This document shows, in pieces, positions 26,529 to 37,600 of a stretch of DNA of 53,290 nucleotides. Both the position numbers and the translations under genes were made by a program. Numbering within the stretch: position 1 is the stretch's first letter; the number at the start of each line of letters is the position of its first letter. Source of the stretch: Macrostomum lignano (taxonomy: Eukaryota); the NCBI GenBank assembly GCA_002269645.1, contig NIVC01004250.1, positions 1 through 53,290 on the forward strand, given 5' to 3'. The notes beneath the pieces were generated by a model that did no database searches, had not been told where the DNA came from, and worked only from the letters and a program-made list of their open reading frames with translations.

Positions 26529-27676
26529 TGAAGTGGTTGCTTGTACTTTCCTCGATAGCGTCTAGAGGTGGCCTGGTAGGTCTTTGAATCCCACCGCTGC
26601 CACCAGTGAAGTACTTGGTTCCGGCTACTTCCCTGTCAGTCACGTGAGCTGCCTACTTTGAGCTCTTGGTAGACTCTCCCAGGAAGCCTTCTAGCAATTC
26701 TTAGTAGCGTTGGTAGTGCTGCCACCAGCCCGCTCGGATCTTGTCCTTCGATGAGGGAGACTCCGGGCTGAGCGAAATAAACGAGACACGAGAACTCAGC
26801 ACGCCGTGCAGGTTTGACAGTTCGTACCGGTGCACACCTCGTCAGCGGTCCTGCCGGGCTCAAGTGCGGGGATGAGGAACTGTGCTAGTCTCTGTTAGTT
26901 CGGTTGGGCTTTAACACACTCAAAGACACACAGTCGAAGATGGATCAGAAATCAGATAGGTTGGCTAAGGCCTAGCGCAAGCTGCGCTGGACTTCCAAGA
27001 GAGCAGTTATTAGAAGAGTTAACTCATAGGTAAACGAGAGGTTTCACAGAGGGTCGGGCGGTTGCCAAACAGAGGCACGAGAGGCCCGTACTTATAGGGT
27101 AGCGGATCGATTTCACCATACCGTGCAACACCCCATTGCGCCAGAGTGCGCAAGGCCGCTCTCACTGCCCCCAATCTGGCGTGAATCAGTTCTATTTTTA
27201 GAAACAGGCGCGGAACCCTCAATTTGAGAGGCAAGGACGCCATTCCTAATTTAGAGCCTGACACCCGAGATTGCACAAGGCAGCGCAAGAAAAGGACAGA
27301 GCGCCGGGGCACGTGATCCGCTCCCGTACGGCCAGACAGAGAGTACAGCCAGAACTGGCTGGACTCGAGCCAAGAGAACGCAGCCACACAAAAAGGGGGA
27401 AGGAGACAGACAAAGAATGAAACAAGGACAGGCTGAGCGGAGAAGCTCAGACGCTGGGAACGCAAACGAACCGGAAAAAGGGGGGGACAAAAGGGAGCGC
27501 AGGCAGACAAAAGGACAACGAGGGAGGGAGAGGGAGAGAGAGGAGTGGGAGAGGGAGAGAGAGAGGGAGAGGGAGAGAGGGAGGGAGAGCTGCGGCCAGC
27601 GGCAGCCAACAGCTCAGGAGGGCGCAGGGCACAGCTGACAAAGGGGGCACCTAACACTAAACTAGTGCTCACTTCA
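26529..27676 (-). repeat. LTR (3' LTR of left copy), 1148 bp
   Basis: Near-identical to the other two LTRs; terminal inverted repeats; preceded on the sense strand by the PPT. Confidence 0.95.
26586..26605 (-). other. second, LTR-internal tRNA-Leu PBS (also 35941-35960 and 45298-45317)
   Basis: GAATCCCACCGCTGCCACCA followed by G-TGAAGTA, mirroring the true junction CCACCA-G-TGAAGTG 78 bp away. Confidence 0.9.
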
Positions 27677-27688
27677 CTCTCCCCGTTC
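27677..27688 (-). other. polypurine tract (sense GAACGGGGAGAG); second copy 37031-37042
   Basis: Purine run abutting the U3 start of each downstream LTR. Confidence 0.85.
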
Positions 27689-28246
27689 AAATGATGAGGC
27701 GGAGTGCAAGCGTAGCCGCTTTATTTAAAACAAACAAGTTAAATTGTACTTTAACAAAATATAAACTTCGGCGTTAATTTGAGTTTAGGCAGCATAAAGA
27801 TGGTAGAGATTGTACCTGAAGGATAAGCATAAAATGCATTAGTGTCGGATTAATACCGGCTGACCTGATTGAATGCAAAACGCGGCAATGTTAAGTAGGC
27901 GAGTTTGCTGTTCGAAATGCGGGCTGACGCCCTACTAAATGCCTATAGCCATGATGGGGGCGTCGGCCCACTAATAGAGTAAAACAAAGGACGCCTAAAT
28001 AAGTTGGTGGGATGCCGGGAGTCAAATGGCAGAGCCCGGGGAGAAGGCGCATGCGGCGAGAGGAGAAAATAAAATAATGCAGTTGCGCGCGACTTGCGCT
28101 TGCCTGGAGGGGGCCCTACCCTCTTTAGAGTTCAAAGTAAGGGCCAGGTTCAGCGTGGCATCAAGCAAAGAGGTGGGTGCGTCCTGGCGACGGCCGACCC
28201 AGCGGCGAGCACACCTGTCAGCGTCAAGGCTACCAGATCGGGCGGC

Positions 28247-31200
28247 TCAGGGCCAGGTGGCCTGGGCGATGCGGTCGGGCAAGTCCGGGACTCGGCCGGC
28301 CATCACACGGGCGATACGGCGGGCCACCGCCCTAAGCACAGCCGGGTGTTCAGGATGGCGGACCGCGGCACCGGCGATGTCCGCACCGTGGTCCATCGCG
28401 GCTTGGCGCTCGATGTCATCAAGAGCCCGCATCTCGGCCCAGATGGGCTCGTTGAAGGAGGGCCATTCGCCATCTTGAGCCGCCGCCACAAAACAGCCGG
28501 CGAGATGCTCGGCGACGGTGTGGGCTAAGCTGATGGGCACACTCGGTGTCGGCTGGAGGTCGGCGTCATGCGGGTTGGCTGCCTGAATGTATGCGTCGGC
28601 CCTGGATGGGCCCTCAGCCTGGGTGGCGGCATCGATGCAGCGGGGCTCGGCCGGGGAGTTGGGCGGGGCCTGCGGCAGAGCGAGCCGGAGCTCCTCGGCG
28701 AGGTCGCTCCAGCTATACGTAATCTCGTTGGCGTCGCTGAATTCAGCCTCGGAGGTCTGGGTGCCCATGGTCACCGATGTCGGAGCCCTGTTGGCCCCGG
28801 TCACAATCAGCTTTGCGGCCGCTGCTGCAGTTTTACCCGGGGGATCTTCCCGCGGCTGACTGGCGATGGGCTCCAGCGTCTCCGGAGTGGAAGACCCAGC
28901 CGTAGGGCCGTCTGCACCGAACGCGGCCGCAAAAGCGGCGAAGCTGGTTGGGCCTCCGGGTAGATGCGAGGGCGCGGCCGCCGATGGCCTTGCAGTGGTC
29001 ACCGGATCGACAGGTCGTCGGGGATGTCGCTGCCGGTGAGCCTCTGGTCCCGAGCTGACCCGTGGGTCATCATGACTCTGGTGGCTCGCCGAGGACCGCA
29101 AACGGCGGATCCGGGTAACGGAGTCTTCGCCCGTGAGGTCAATGACCTCCGGCTGCGAGTTCTCCCGTCGCTGGCGATGCCGTCCGCGTCCTCGGCGACG
29201 TCGCGGTCGCGAGGCGTCCCTTGACCGAGGCGTCTCGTCGTTACGGCGTCGGTCCGGCGGCGGCGATCGTCGATTGGGCGGCGGGGACGGGGACCGACTA
29301 TACGGAGTCTGGCCGAGACGCAATCTGGGATGTACGCGCTGGACCCAGGGAGGCCGGGGCGCACTTTCCCATTGGCCGGCAGCCGCGCCGATGGCGGGGC
29401 CAGCATCGGCGGGGCAGAACAGCTGTCTGCGCTGCGCTGTCGCTCGCTCGTCGGAGCTTGAGCGGTCCGTTCGCTTTGGCGGGCGAGATTGGTGCATTTC
29501 TGCGCTGAAATGGTTGAAATTTTGTGTGCGCATGCGGGCGGTGCGACTAGCGTACGTTTGCGCCCTAGTGTCGCTAATAAGAAGCCTCTCTGGAGGCCTA
29601 CGATCCCTAGCTAGCCTACCGAAACCTACAGGCTCTACAGGCGCTTCCACCGGAGTGGTGCATGGCGATGGTACACGAGACTGTACCGCAGAAAAAGGTT
29701 CGGGGGGAGTAGGGACATGGACGGGCGAAAAGGAAGCAGCAGGCACAGATGCATTAGAAACAGGCTCACGCAAGTGGCATTCACCATACGGCACTGGCTC
29801 ACGCCGAAGTGCACTTGCCTGGTTCGCTGGTGTCGTGTTCGGTCCACCTCCTGGCTGCACCTCCGGGATTGCCAGAGGCCGGAAGTACCACCAGAGAGCC
29901 GGCCTCACATCATCGTCCTCGTTGTCATCGGGATCTTCGAGCTCTTCCTCGGGAACCGGTGGCAGGGTCGCGGGTCCTGCACCGTCAGGATCATCTGGCT
30001 GCCGTCTGCGCTTCTTCGCCTTCTCGACTTCGGGATCTGAAATCATCGCGTAGTCAGCGTCAGGAACGTGGAGCAGGTTGCGGCGATGAACAACAAGTTC
30101 ATCCCGTCGGGCTCGCGGGTTGGGCAGTCTACGGCGAATCTTGTAGACTACCTCGCCTTTGGGTTTTACGACTTCGTAGAGTGCTTTGCGGGGTCGATGA
30201 AACTTCGCCGCCTCGTCCGGTTCGAGCACCGGGTTGTTGAGGAAAACCAGGTCACCGGGCTTGAGCTTCTTGGCCTTCGGCAGGTTGGAGTAGTGCTCGT
30301 CTCGCAGTTGCTGATGCAGATGCAGGCGTTCTTTAGCTAGCTCAGTCGCTTCGTCTAATCGGCGCTGGAAGTCCTTGACATAGTCAGGCAAGTCGGCATA
30401 CTCGGGCAGCTTCTTCAGCGCGTTGTCGATCGGCAGTCGGAAGTCACGGCCAAACACCAGGTAGTGGGGCGTGAATCCTGTCACCGGGTGTACACTAGAG
30501 CGGAGAGCCATCAGACAGGCTGGAAGGAAGGTGTCCCAGTCGTTGTGGTTTCGCTCGAGGAGGCAGGTGAGAACGCTCTTCAGCTGCTTGTTGAGGTTCT
30601 CGACTTGACCATTGGAAGCTGGTTGTACGGAGTTGTTGTAGTATGTCGAATGCCAAACAGGTTGCAAAACTTCTTGAAAGCTGAGCCAGTGAAATTGGTT
30701 CCTTGATCAGTGTGTATCCAGCATGGTACACCAAAGTCAGGGATCAAGCGCTCCTGCAGGATCTTGATGACCGTCTTGGCTTTCTGGTTCCTCATCGGAT
30801 AGGCGAACGGGTACTTCGACGTCGCGTCGCACAAGGTCAATATGTAGCGGTTCCCACTCTTGCTCCTCTGGGCAATAGGGCCTACTACATCGCAGTGTAC
30901 TCTTCCTAGTACTTCGCAGACTGGGAAGCTTTGAACTGGAACTTTGTCTCGCCTTCGCGATTTGCTTTCGAGACAGGCACGGCATCTGCTGATAAAATTC
31001 TCGGTGACACGGGCTAATCCGGGCCGCCAGAATCGTTCTCGCAGTCGTTTCAGCGTTTTTGTCTGGCCTAGGTGTCCACACAGTGGCGAACTGTGGAGCT
31101 CCTGGAGCACCTGGGCATCGAGGGCTTCGGGCAGGACAACCTTCGGGGACTGCTGGCCATCAGTCAGGTCGATCATCAGCAAGTCGTCCTCCACTCGCAA

Positions 31201-34200
31201 ATTCTCAAAATAACCGAGCAGGTTCCGCTGCTCCTTCGACAGGCGCAATCGGGCATCAAACTCTGGCTTCGGGGCTTCGTTCTTAACCAGATTGAGCACG
31301 TAGCTGATAGCTCGGTCGGCGCGCTGCGCGTCGACAAACTGTTGCCGCGTCATCGGCAACCTCAGAAAATCCGTGAGCACAGCGCGGCATGGCTGAGGGG
31401 TCATGACTCCCGCAGTCTCCGCTTCGGTGGCTCGCCGTTGATCACGCGACTCCGTCTTGTCGGCGTCAGGATTAGGTCGCTCCGAGGGACTTTGTCTCAC
31501 AACGTCGGCGTACGATCGCTGATCCCGTTTCGAAGTTCTCATCGTCGCTCTCTTGACAGGAATTTCCGCAGCTGGAGCAGTGCACTTGCCTCCACTGCAC
31601 AGCCCAGGCGACTCTTGGCTGTAGGGCGAGACGCAACACGTGAAGCACGCCTCGTCGCAGGCAGCCGTAGCCGTCGGCTCGATCATCGTCGTCATTGGGT
31701 GAGTCTTCTCCTGCACTGGGCGGTGTCGCAAAGGGGGACTCGACTTTCCGCACAGGCGATGAGCAGCTGTCTGTCGGCTCGGGGGACAGAGCGTTGACCT
31801 TGCAGCCGTCGCGAGAGTCTGGCCTCTGTCAACACGGCGAGAACTCTCAGCGCAAAACTCCGGGGAGTTGAACTTACATTGCTGGTCTGGATTCGCGTTG
31901 TGGGCTGTCATCAGGAGGGCTGCTTGTTCAGTGGCCTCTGAGTCGTAGTCCATGGGCGTCTCCAGGTTCCGAGACCCGCAGTCTTGGACATCATCAAGGA
32001 AGTCTACGTCAGCAGTGGCCTCCGAGGTTTTGTCCGGGCGAATCTCCAAGTAACAGCAGTCGGCGTGGGCGTCGCTGCGGAGGGCTGAGGTGTCAGTGGC
32101 CTCCGGGTTGGTGTCCAAACCGGTCTCCTGGCGTTGACTGCGGCGATGGTCGTCGTGCTGAAGGGCTGCTGGCGCGGTGGCCTTCAGGTCTTCGGCCAGG
32201 GCAGTCTTGGCCTCCTTGTTGCGAGTGCGGACCTTCTTCGAAAGGGCTGGTCTTGCAGTGGCCTTCCGGGTGGTGTCCAAGTCCGGCTCCAAGCTGGTGT
32301 CATCATCGTGTCGGGCTGCAGAACCGGGATGCTCAAGCAGTCGGCCATGTTCGAAGTCAACCGGTGGTGTCTCCGGGCGTCTTGACAGGGCGTCGGCGTT
32401 GGCGTGGTCCTTGCCTTTGCGATGGTGAAGCTGGAAGCGGAACTCGCTCAGTCGCTCAATCCAACGGCCCAAGATGCCTGTGACCTGCGTCTGGTTCAGC
32501 AGCCACAGCAAGGCCCGATGGTCAGAACGAACTTCAAACTTCTTGCCAATTAAATAATGACGGAAATGTCGCATCGCGTCCACGATTGCAAGCAGCTCTT
32601 TCTTCGTGACCGTGTAGCGCTTCTCAGGATCACGAAGCTTCCGGCTAAAGAATGCAATTGGGCGCTCGACGCCGTCGGATTGCCGTTGTCCAAGACAAGC
32701 GCCTATGCGAATGTCTGAGGCATCAGTGTCTAGGACAAACTTCACATCAGGATCTGAGTTAAACTCAGGCAGAGCGAGAACTTCAGTCGAACACAACTTC
32801 TTCTTCAACGTGTCGAACGCTACCTGGTGCTCATCAGTCCAATGCTGCCGCAGGCTGCCGATGTCCTTTCGAGTCAGGGCATGTAGCGGCGCAGCAAATC
32901 CAGCGTAGCCGTTGACAAACTTGTGGTAGTAATTGGCGAGGCCTAGGAATTGTCTCAGTTGAGTAACGGACTGTGGCACGGGCCAATCACGGATCTGCGC
33001 AATCTTGTCCTCCAGGTCTTCAGGCCGTCGGGAGTCACGACGTGGCCTAGATAATGCAGCTCCTTGAGGAACAAATGGCACTTCTTCGGCTTGACCTTAG
33101 GTTGGCTGCGATAATCCGCTGGAGTACAGTCCGCAGGTTGTCCAGCTGCTCCTCGAAGGTCACAGAGTGCACCACGATGTCATCCATGTAGCCAAGCGCA
33201 GTCTTTGGCGTCAGGCCGTCCAGGAGCTTATTGATGCAACGCTGAAAGCTGCCTGGACTATCGTGGAGACCCATCGGTAGAACATTGAAACAGAATTGTC
33301 CGCGGTCAATCACAGAGAACGCCGTCAGGTGCTGATCGCAGTCGCGCAGCGGGATCTGCCAGAATCCTTGGCGAGATCCAAGCTAGAGTACCACTGGGCA
33401 CCACGCAGCTTCGCGAAGGTCTCCTGAATGTGCGGCAGCGGGTACGGGTGATACACACACTTGTCGTTGAGAGCTCTGAAGTCATGCACCAGCCTGATGT
33501 TGCCGTCCTTCTTGGGCACTATCAGCATTGGCGAGTTGTAGCTAGAGTAAGCTGGGCGAATGATGTGCTTCGCCAGCATCTCGTCTAGCAGGGCGTCTAG
33601 CTTGTCCTTCAGATGAGGCGGGATCCTGCGCGGTGGTAGCGCAACTGGTGTCCGATCCTTCAGGATGATCTCGTGGGTCACCAGGTGTGTCAGGCCAGCG
33701 TCTAGCAGATGCTTCGAGAAGGCTGCTTGACACTCAACTAGTAGATCTCGCACTCTCTGTCGTTGATCTTCGGACAGCTCGCTGTTGATCTCGACTTCCT
33801 CTAGCCAAGCTGTGCTGGACTCTTCAGGGCTCCTTGGCAAATGTCGCACTTCAGGTTCCGGCGTCTCTTCCAGGTACATCAGGTCGGCAGTTCTAAGTGG
33901 TGTCGCAACACCAACGCGGATGCCCGACTGCAGGAACACCTCGCAGTCAGCAGTGTTGACGACCTCGATGTAGCCTCGACCTTCAGGCATCGTCATCAGA
34001 GCTGGAGCTGCTTCCAGAGTGTTGCAGCTGGGGTGCAGTCTCGACTTCACCAGCTCGACGATTGATGGCGATCCTCGGTTCTCGGGGTGGCCGACATCCA
34101 ACTGGACGGCCAACAGCGCTGAGCTTCTCGGCGGCAGAGTGCACTTCTCGGAGGTGTACACCCGGCATGATTGAAGCTCACGGCGCGAATATCGAACGGG

Positions 34201-34767
34201 AATGCACGCGCCATTGTTGAACTTTAGCATTCCTTGAGCGAAGTCCAAGTTCTGGCAGTGCTCACGCATGAAATTAATACCAAGCAAATTTTCACAATCG
34301 GTGACCGTGACCAGGAATTCGGTGTCCGCGACGACATCACCAAACTCCACCGGGATGATCACCTTACACGCAAGGGGTAGCTGCGTACCGTCGTACATGG
34401 TCACGCAATCCGGGATAGCATGCGATATAATACAACGAGGCATCCGACGTCTAACATTGGCCCAGGTCGACGCTCCAAGAAAGTTTTTCCGACTGCCGCT
34501 GTCTAGTAGGAAAGGGACTTCTCGGCCCGCCAATCGGCCGGTGACGTACGGATCAGCCTCACGCGCATGGATTTTTTGATCATCGGAGGTGTCCACGAAA
34601 CCTCCGGGCTCCGCGCCACTTACTGACGAGCGACTGTCGGACTGGGCATTGGCGCCTGCGCAGCCGACATCCTCTTCTTCTCGTGACCTCTCGGAGTCTG
34701 CCAAGTAGCCGGGGCTTGGGCTCTTCGGAGGGCGGTGCCGTGGGCGCTCTCCGGCTGGCCGTTTCCC
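28247..34767 (-). pseudogene. pol: pol of left copy (PR-RT-RH-IN plus C-terminal extension), interrupted by four 1-nt deletions as assembled
   Basis: Same motifs as the right copy; frameshifts at about 33370, 33097, 33012 and 30621, of which only 33097 is shared with the right copy. Confidence 0.85.
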
Positions 34768-35795
34768 TGGTTCTGGCGGAGCGGGCATTGGGCGTTACGG
34801 TGGCCTGGCTGACCACAGCCATAGCAGATCATGGCCTTCGTCGGCGGGCTCGTCTGCTGCTGCTGATCACGCTGAGCCAAGTCGCTGAGCAGCTTCTGCT
34901 GCTTCTCGAGTACTTCGGTCAAAGCCAACAGGGCTTGGGCAGTGGCGTCTGATATCGGGCGAGCGTCCTGCTCCCCGTCCAACATTCTAACCGGGGGTTG
35001 AGCGGAGCGCTGGGCCAGCTCTCTGGCACCTTCTAGACGGTGCAGCTCTCGAATTGCGGCAAGCAAGTTGTTTGGGCGCACCCAATACAGTCGTTCTCGC
35101 AAATCTGGGGTTGTCCGCAGGTCGGCAAGGAACTGATCAGCCAGCTCCTTCTCGCGGTCCTCGGGATGCATCCTCGGGTATGCACGCTCTCCTAGGGTGC
35201 GCAGCGAATCAGCGTACTCTTCTACGGACTCATTCTTGCCTTGCTGACGCCTCCTTAGAAGCTCTCGATACTCATCAGCGCCACCATGGCGCGCAAATCG
35301 CTCGATTAAACGCTGTTTAACCTCCTCGTAGCTGGCGAACCTTGGCAGATGCATGCTGGGCAGGGCTGGATACGCAGTAGACAGATCTAGACTCGCGATG
35401 AGGTGCTGCTTCATCTCGAACGGGTCGACGACTCGCTCCATCTCGCAACGCTGCTCGAACGCGGCAAGCCAGACATGAATGTCTTGACTTGGAGTAAATT
35501 TAACAATCTTAATCTGTTTACTCACCGGTCGCTCTATTTGCTGCTGCAGCGCTGCCATCATGGTCCTCAGGTCCAATGGTCTGACGGTCTGGCCAAGGTC
35601 ATCCAAGCCTCGCAGAAGCTCATCTGGCGGGTCCTCGGACACCTCGCTTCGTACACTTCGCCTCGGCGCGGGCCTCTGACAGAAGTCACCGGTCGTTGCT
35701 GCTGCCGCGGCGGCGTCTGCTGCCGCAGGCCTCGAACTGCTGATGTGCTGATCCAGCCGGCTGCTACTCCGGCTCTCGTCTCGCTCGTTGAACAT
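34620..35795 (-). CDS. gag: Gag, left copy (391 aa)
   Basis: ATG-initiated ORF after the PBS; capsid-like WLAAFEQRCE segment; CCHC knuckle CYGCGQPGHRNAQC. Confidence 0.9.
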   Translation of the reverse strand: MFNERDESRSSSRLDQHISSSRPAAADAAAAAATTGDFCQRPAPRRSVRSEVSEDPPDELLRGLDDLGQTVRPLDLRTMMAALQQQIERPVSKQIKIVKFTPSQDIHVWLAAFEQRCEMERVVDPFEMKQHLIASLDLSTAYPALPSMHLPRFASYEEVKQRLIERFARHGGADEYRELLRRRQQGKNESVEEYADSLRTLGERAYPRMHPEDREKELADQFLADLRTTPDLRERLYWVRPNNLLAAIRELHRLEGARELAQRSAQPPVRMLDGEQDARPISDATAQALLALTEVLEKQQKLLSDLAQRDQQQQTSPPTKAMICYGCGQPGHRNAQCPLRQNQGNGQPESAHGTALRRAQAPATWQTPRGHEKKRMSAAQAPMPSPTVARQ

Positions 35796-35864
35796 GCTGA
35801 TCTCGTAGCTGACCGAAAAGTCGTTCTCGAAAAAGGGCGGTTGGCTTGGGTGTTTCGAAGTCGG

Positions 35865-35882
35865 ATCCCACCGCTGCCACCA
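35865..35882 (-). other. primer-binding site complementary to the tRNA-Leu 3' end (second copy 45222-45239)
   Basis: Sense TGGTGGCAGCGGTGGGAT, 1 nt after the LTR end; matches the ...ATCCCACCGCTGCCA-CCA 3' end of metazoan tRNA-Leu(AAG/TAG) as I recall it. Confidence 0.88.
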
Positions 35883-35883
35883 G

Positions 35884-37030
35884 TGAAGTGGTTGCTTGTA
35901 CTTTCCTCGATAGCGTCTAGAGGTGGCCTGGTAGGTCTTTGAATCCCACCGCTGCCACCAGTGAAGTACTTGGTTCCGGCTACTTCCCTGTCAGTCACGT
36001 GAGCTGCCTACTTTGAGCTCTTGGTAGACTCTCCCAGGAAGCCTTCTAGCAATTCTTAGTAGCGTTGGTAGTGCTGCCACCAGCCGCTCGGATCTTGTCC
36101 TTCGATGAGGGAGACTCCGGGCTGAGCGAAATAAACGAGACACGAGAACTCAGCACGCCGTGCAGGTTTGACAGTTCGTACCGGTGCACACCTCGTCAGC
36201 GGTCCTGCCGGGCTCAAGTGCGGGGATGAGGAACTGTGCTAGTCTCTGTTAGTTCGGTTGGGCTTTAACACACTCAAAGACACACAGTCGAAGATGGATC
36301 AGAAATCAGATAGGTTGGCTAAGGCCTAGCGCAAGCTGCGCTGGACTTCCAAGAGAGCAGTTATTAGAAGAGTTAACTCATAGGTAAACGAGAGGTTTCA
36401 CAGAGGGTCGGGCGGTTGCCAAACAGAGGCACGAGAGGCCCGTACTTATAGGGTAGCGGATCGATTTCACCATACCGTGCAACACCCCATTGCGCCAGAG
36501 TGCGCAAGGCCGCTCTCACTGCCCCCAATCTGGCGTGAATCAGTTCTATTTTTAGAAACAGGCGCGGAACCCTCAATTTGAGAGGCAAGGACGCCATTCC
36601 TAATTTAGAGCCTGACACCCGAGATTGCACAAGGCAGCGCAAGAAAAGGACAGAGCGCCGGGGCACGTGATCCGCTCCCGTACGGCCAGACAGAGAGTAC
36701 AGCCAGAACTGGCTGGACTCGAGCCAAGAGAACGCAGCCACACAAAAAGGGGGAAGGAGACAGACAAAGAATGAAACAAGGACAGGCTGAGCGGAGAAGC
36801 TCAGACGCTGGGAACGCAAACGAACCGGAAAAAGGGGGGGACAAAAGGGAGCGCAGGCAGACAAAAGGACAACGAGGGAGGGAGAGGGAGAGAGAGGAGT
36901 GGGAGAGGGAGAGAGAGAGGGAGAGGGAGAGAGGGAGGGAGAGCTGCGGCCAGCGGCAGCCAACAGCTCAGGAGGGCGCAGGGCACAGCTGACAAAGGGG
37001 GCACCTAACACTAAACTAGTGCTCACTTCA
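35884..37030 (-). repeat. shared middle LTR, 1147 bp
   Basis: PBS on one side and PPT on the other, so it serves as 5' LTR of the left copy and 3' LTR of the right copy. Confidence 0.95.
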
Positions 37031-37600
37031 CTCTCCCCGTTCAAATGATGAGGCGGAGTGCAAGCGTAGCCGCTTTATTTAAAACAAACAAGTTAAATTG
37101 TACTTTAACAAAATATAAACTTCGGCGTTAATTTGAGTTTAGGCAGCATAAAGATGGTAGAGATTGTACCTGAAGGATAAGCATAAAATGCATTAGTGTC
37201 GGATTAATACCGGCTGACCTGATTGAATGCAAAACGCGGCAATGTTAAGTAGGCGAGTTTGCTGTTCGAAATGCGGGCTGACGCCCTACTAAATGCCTAT
37301 AGCCATGATGGGGGCGTCGGCCCACTAATAGAGTAAAACAAAGGACGCCTAAATAAGTTGGTGGGATGCCGGGAGTCAAATGGCAGAGCCCGGGGAGAAG
37401 GCGCATGCGGCGAGAGGAGAAAATAAAATAATGCAGTTGCGCGCGACTTGCGCTTGCCTGGAGGGGGCCCTACCCTCTTTAGAGTTCAAAGTAAGGGCCA
37501 GGTTCAGCGTGGCATCAAGCAAAGAGGTGGGTGCGTCCTGGCGACGGCCGACCCAGCGGCGAGCACACCTGTCAGCGTCAAGGCTACCAGATCGGGCGGC

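Noticed and set aside
26529-26728. PBS repeats with spacers as a CRISPR-like array, or as a tRNA gene
   Set aside because: Only 2 full units plus 1 partial, no cas genes, eukaryotic retroelement context; only the 3' ~20 nt of a tRNA (including CCA) is present, with no cloverleaf.
27019-27690. 223-aa ORF in the LTR (repeated at 36373-37044)
   Set aside because: TTG start, low complexity from the CT-rich U3, and broken in the third LTR by homopolymer changes.
35567-35998. 143-aa ORF crossing both PBSs (FTGGSGGI twice)
   Set aside because: GTG start, out of frame with gag; the repeated peptide is simply the translated PBS.
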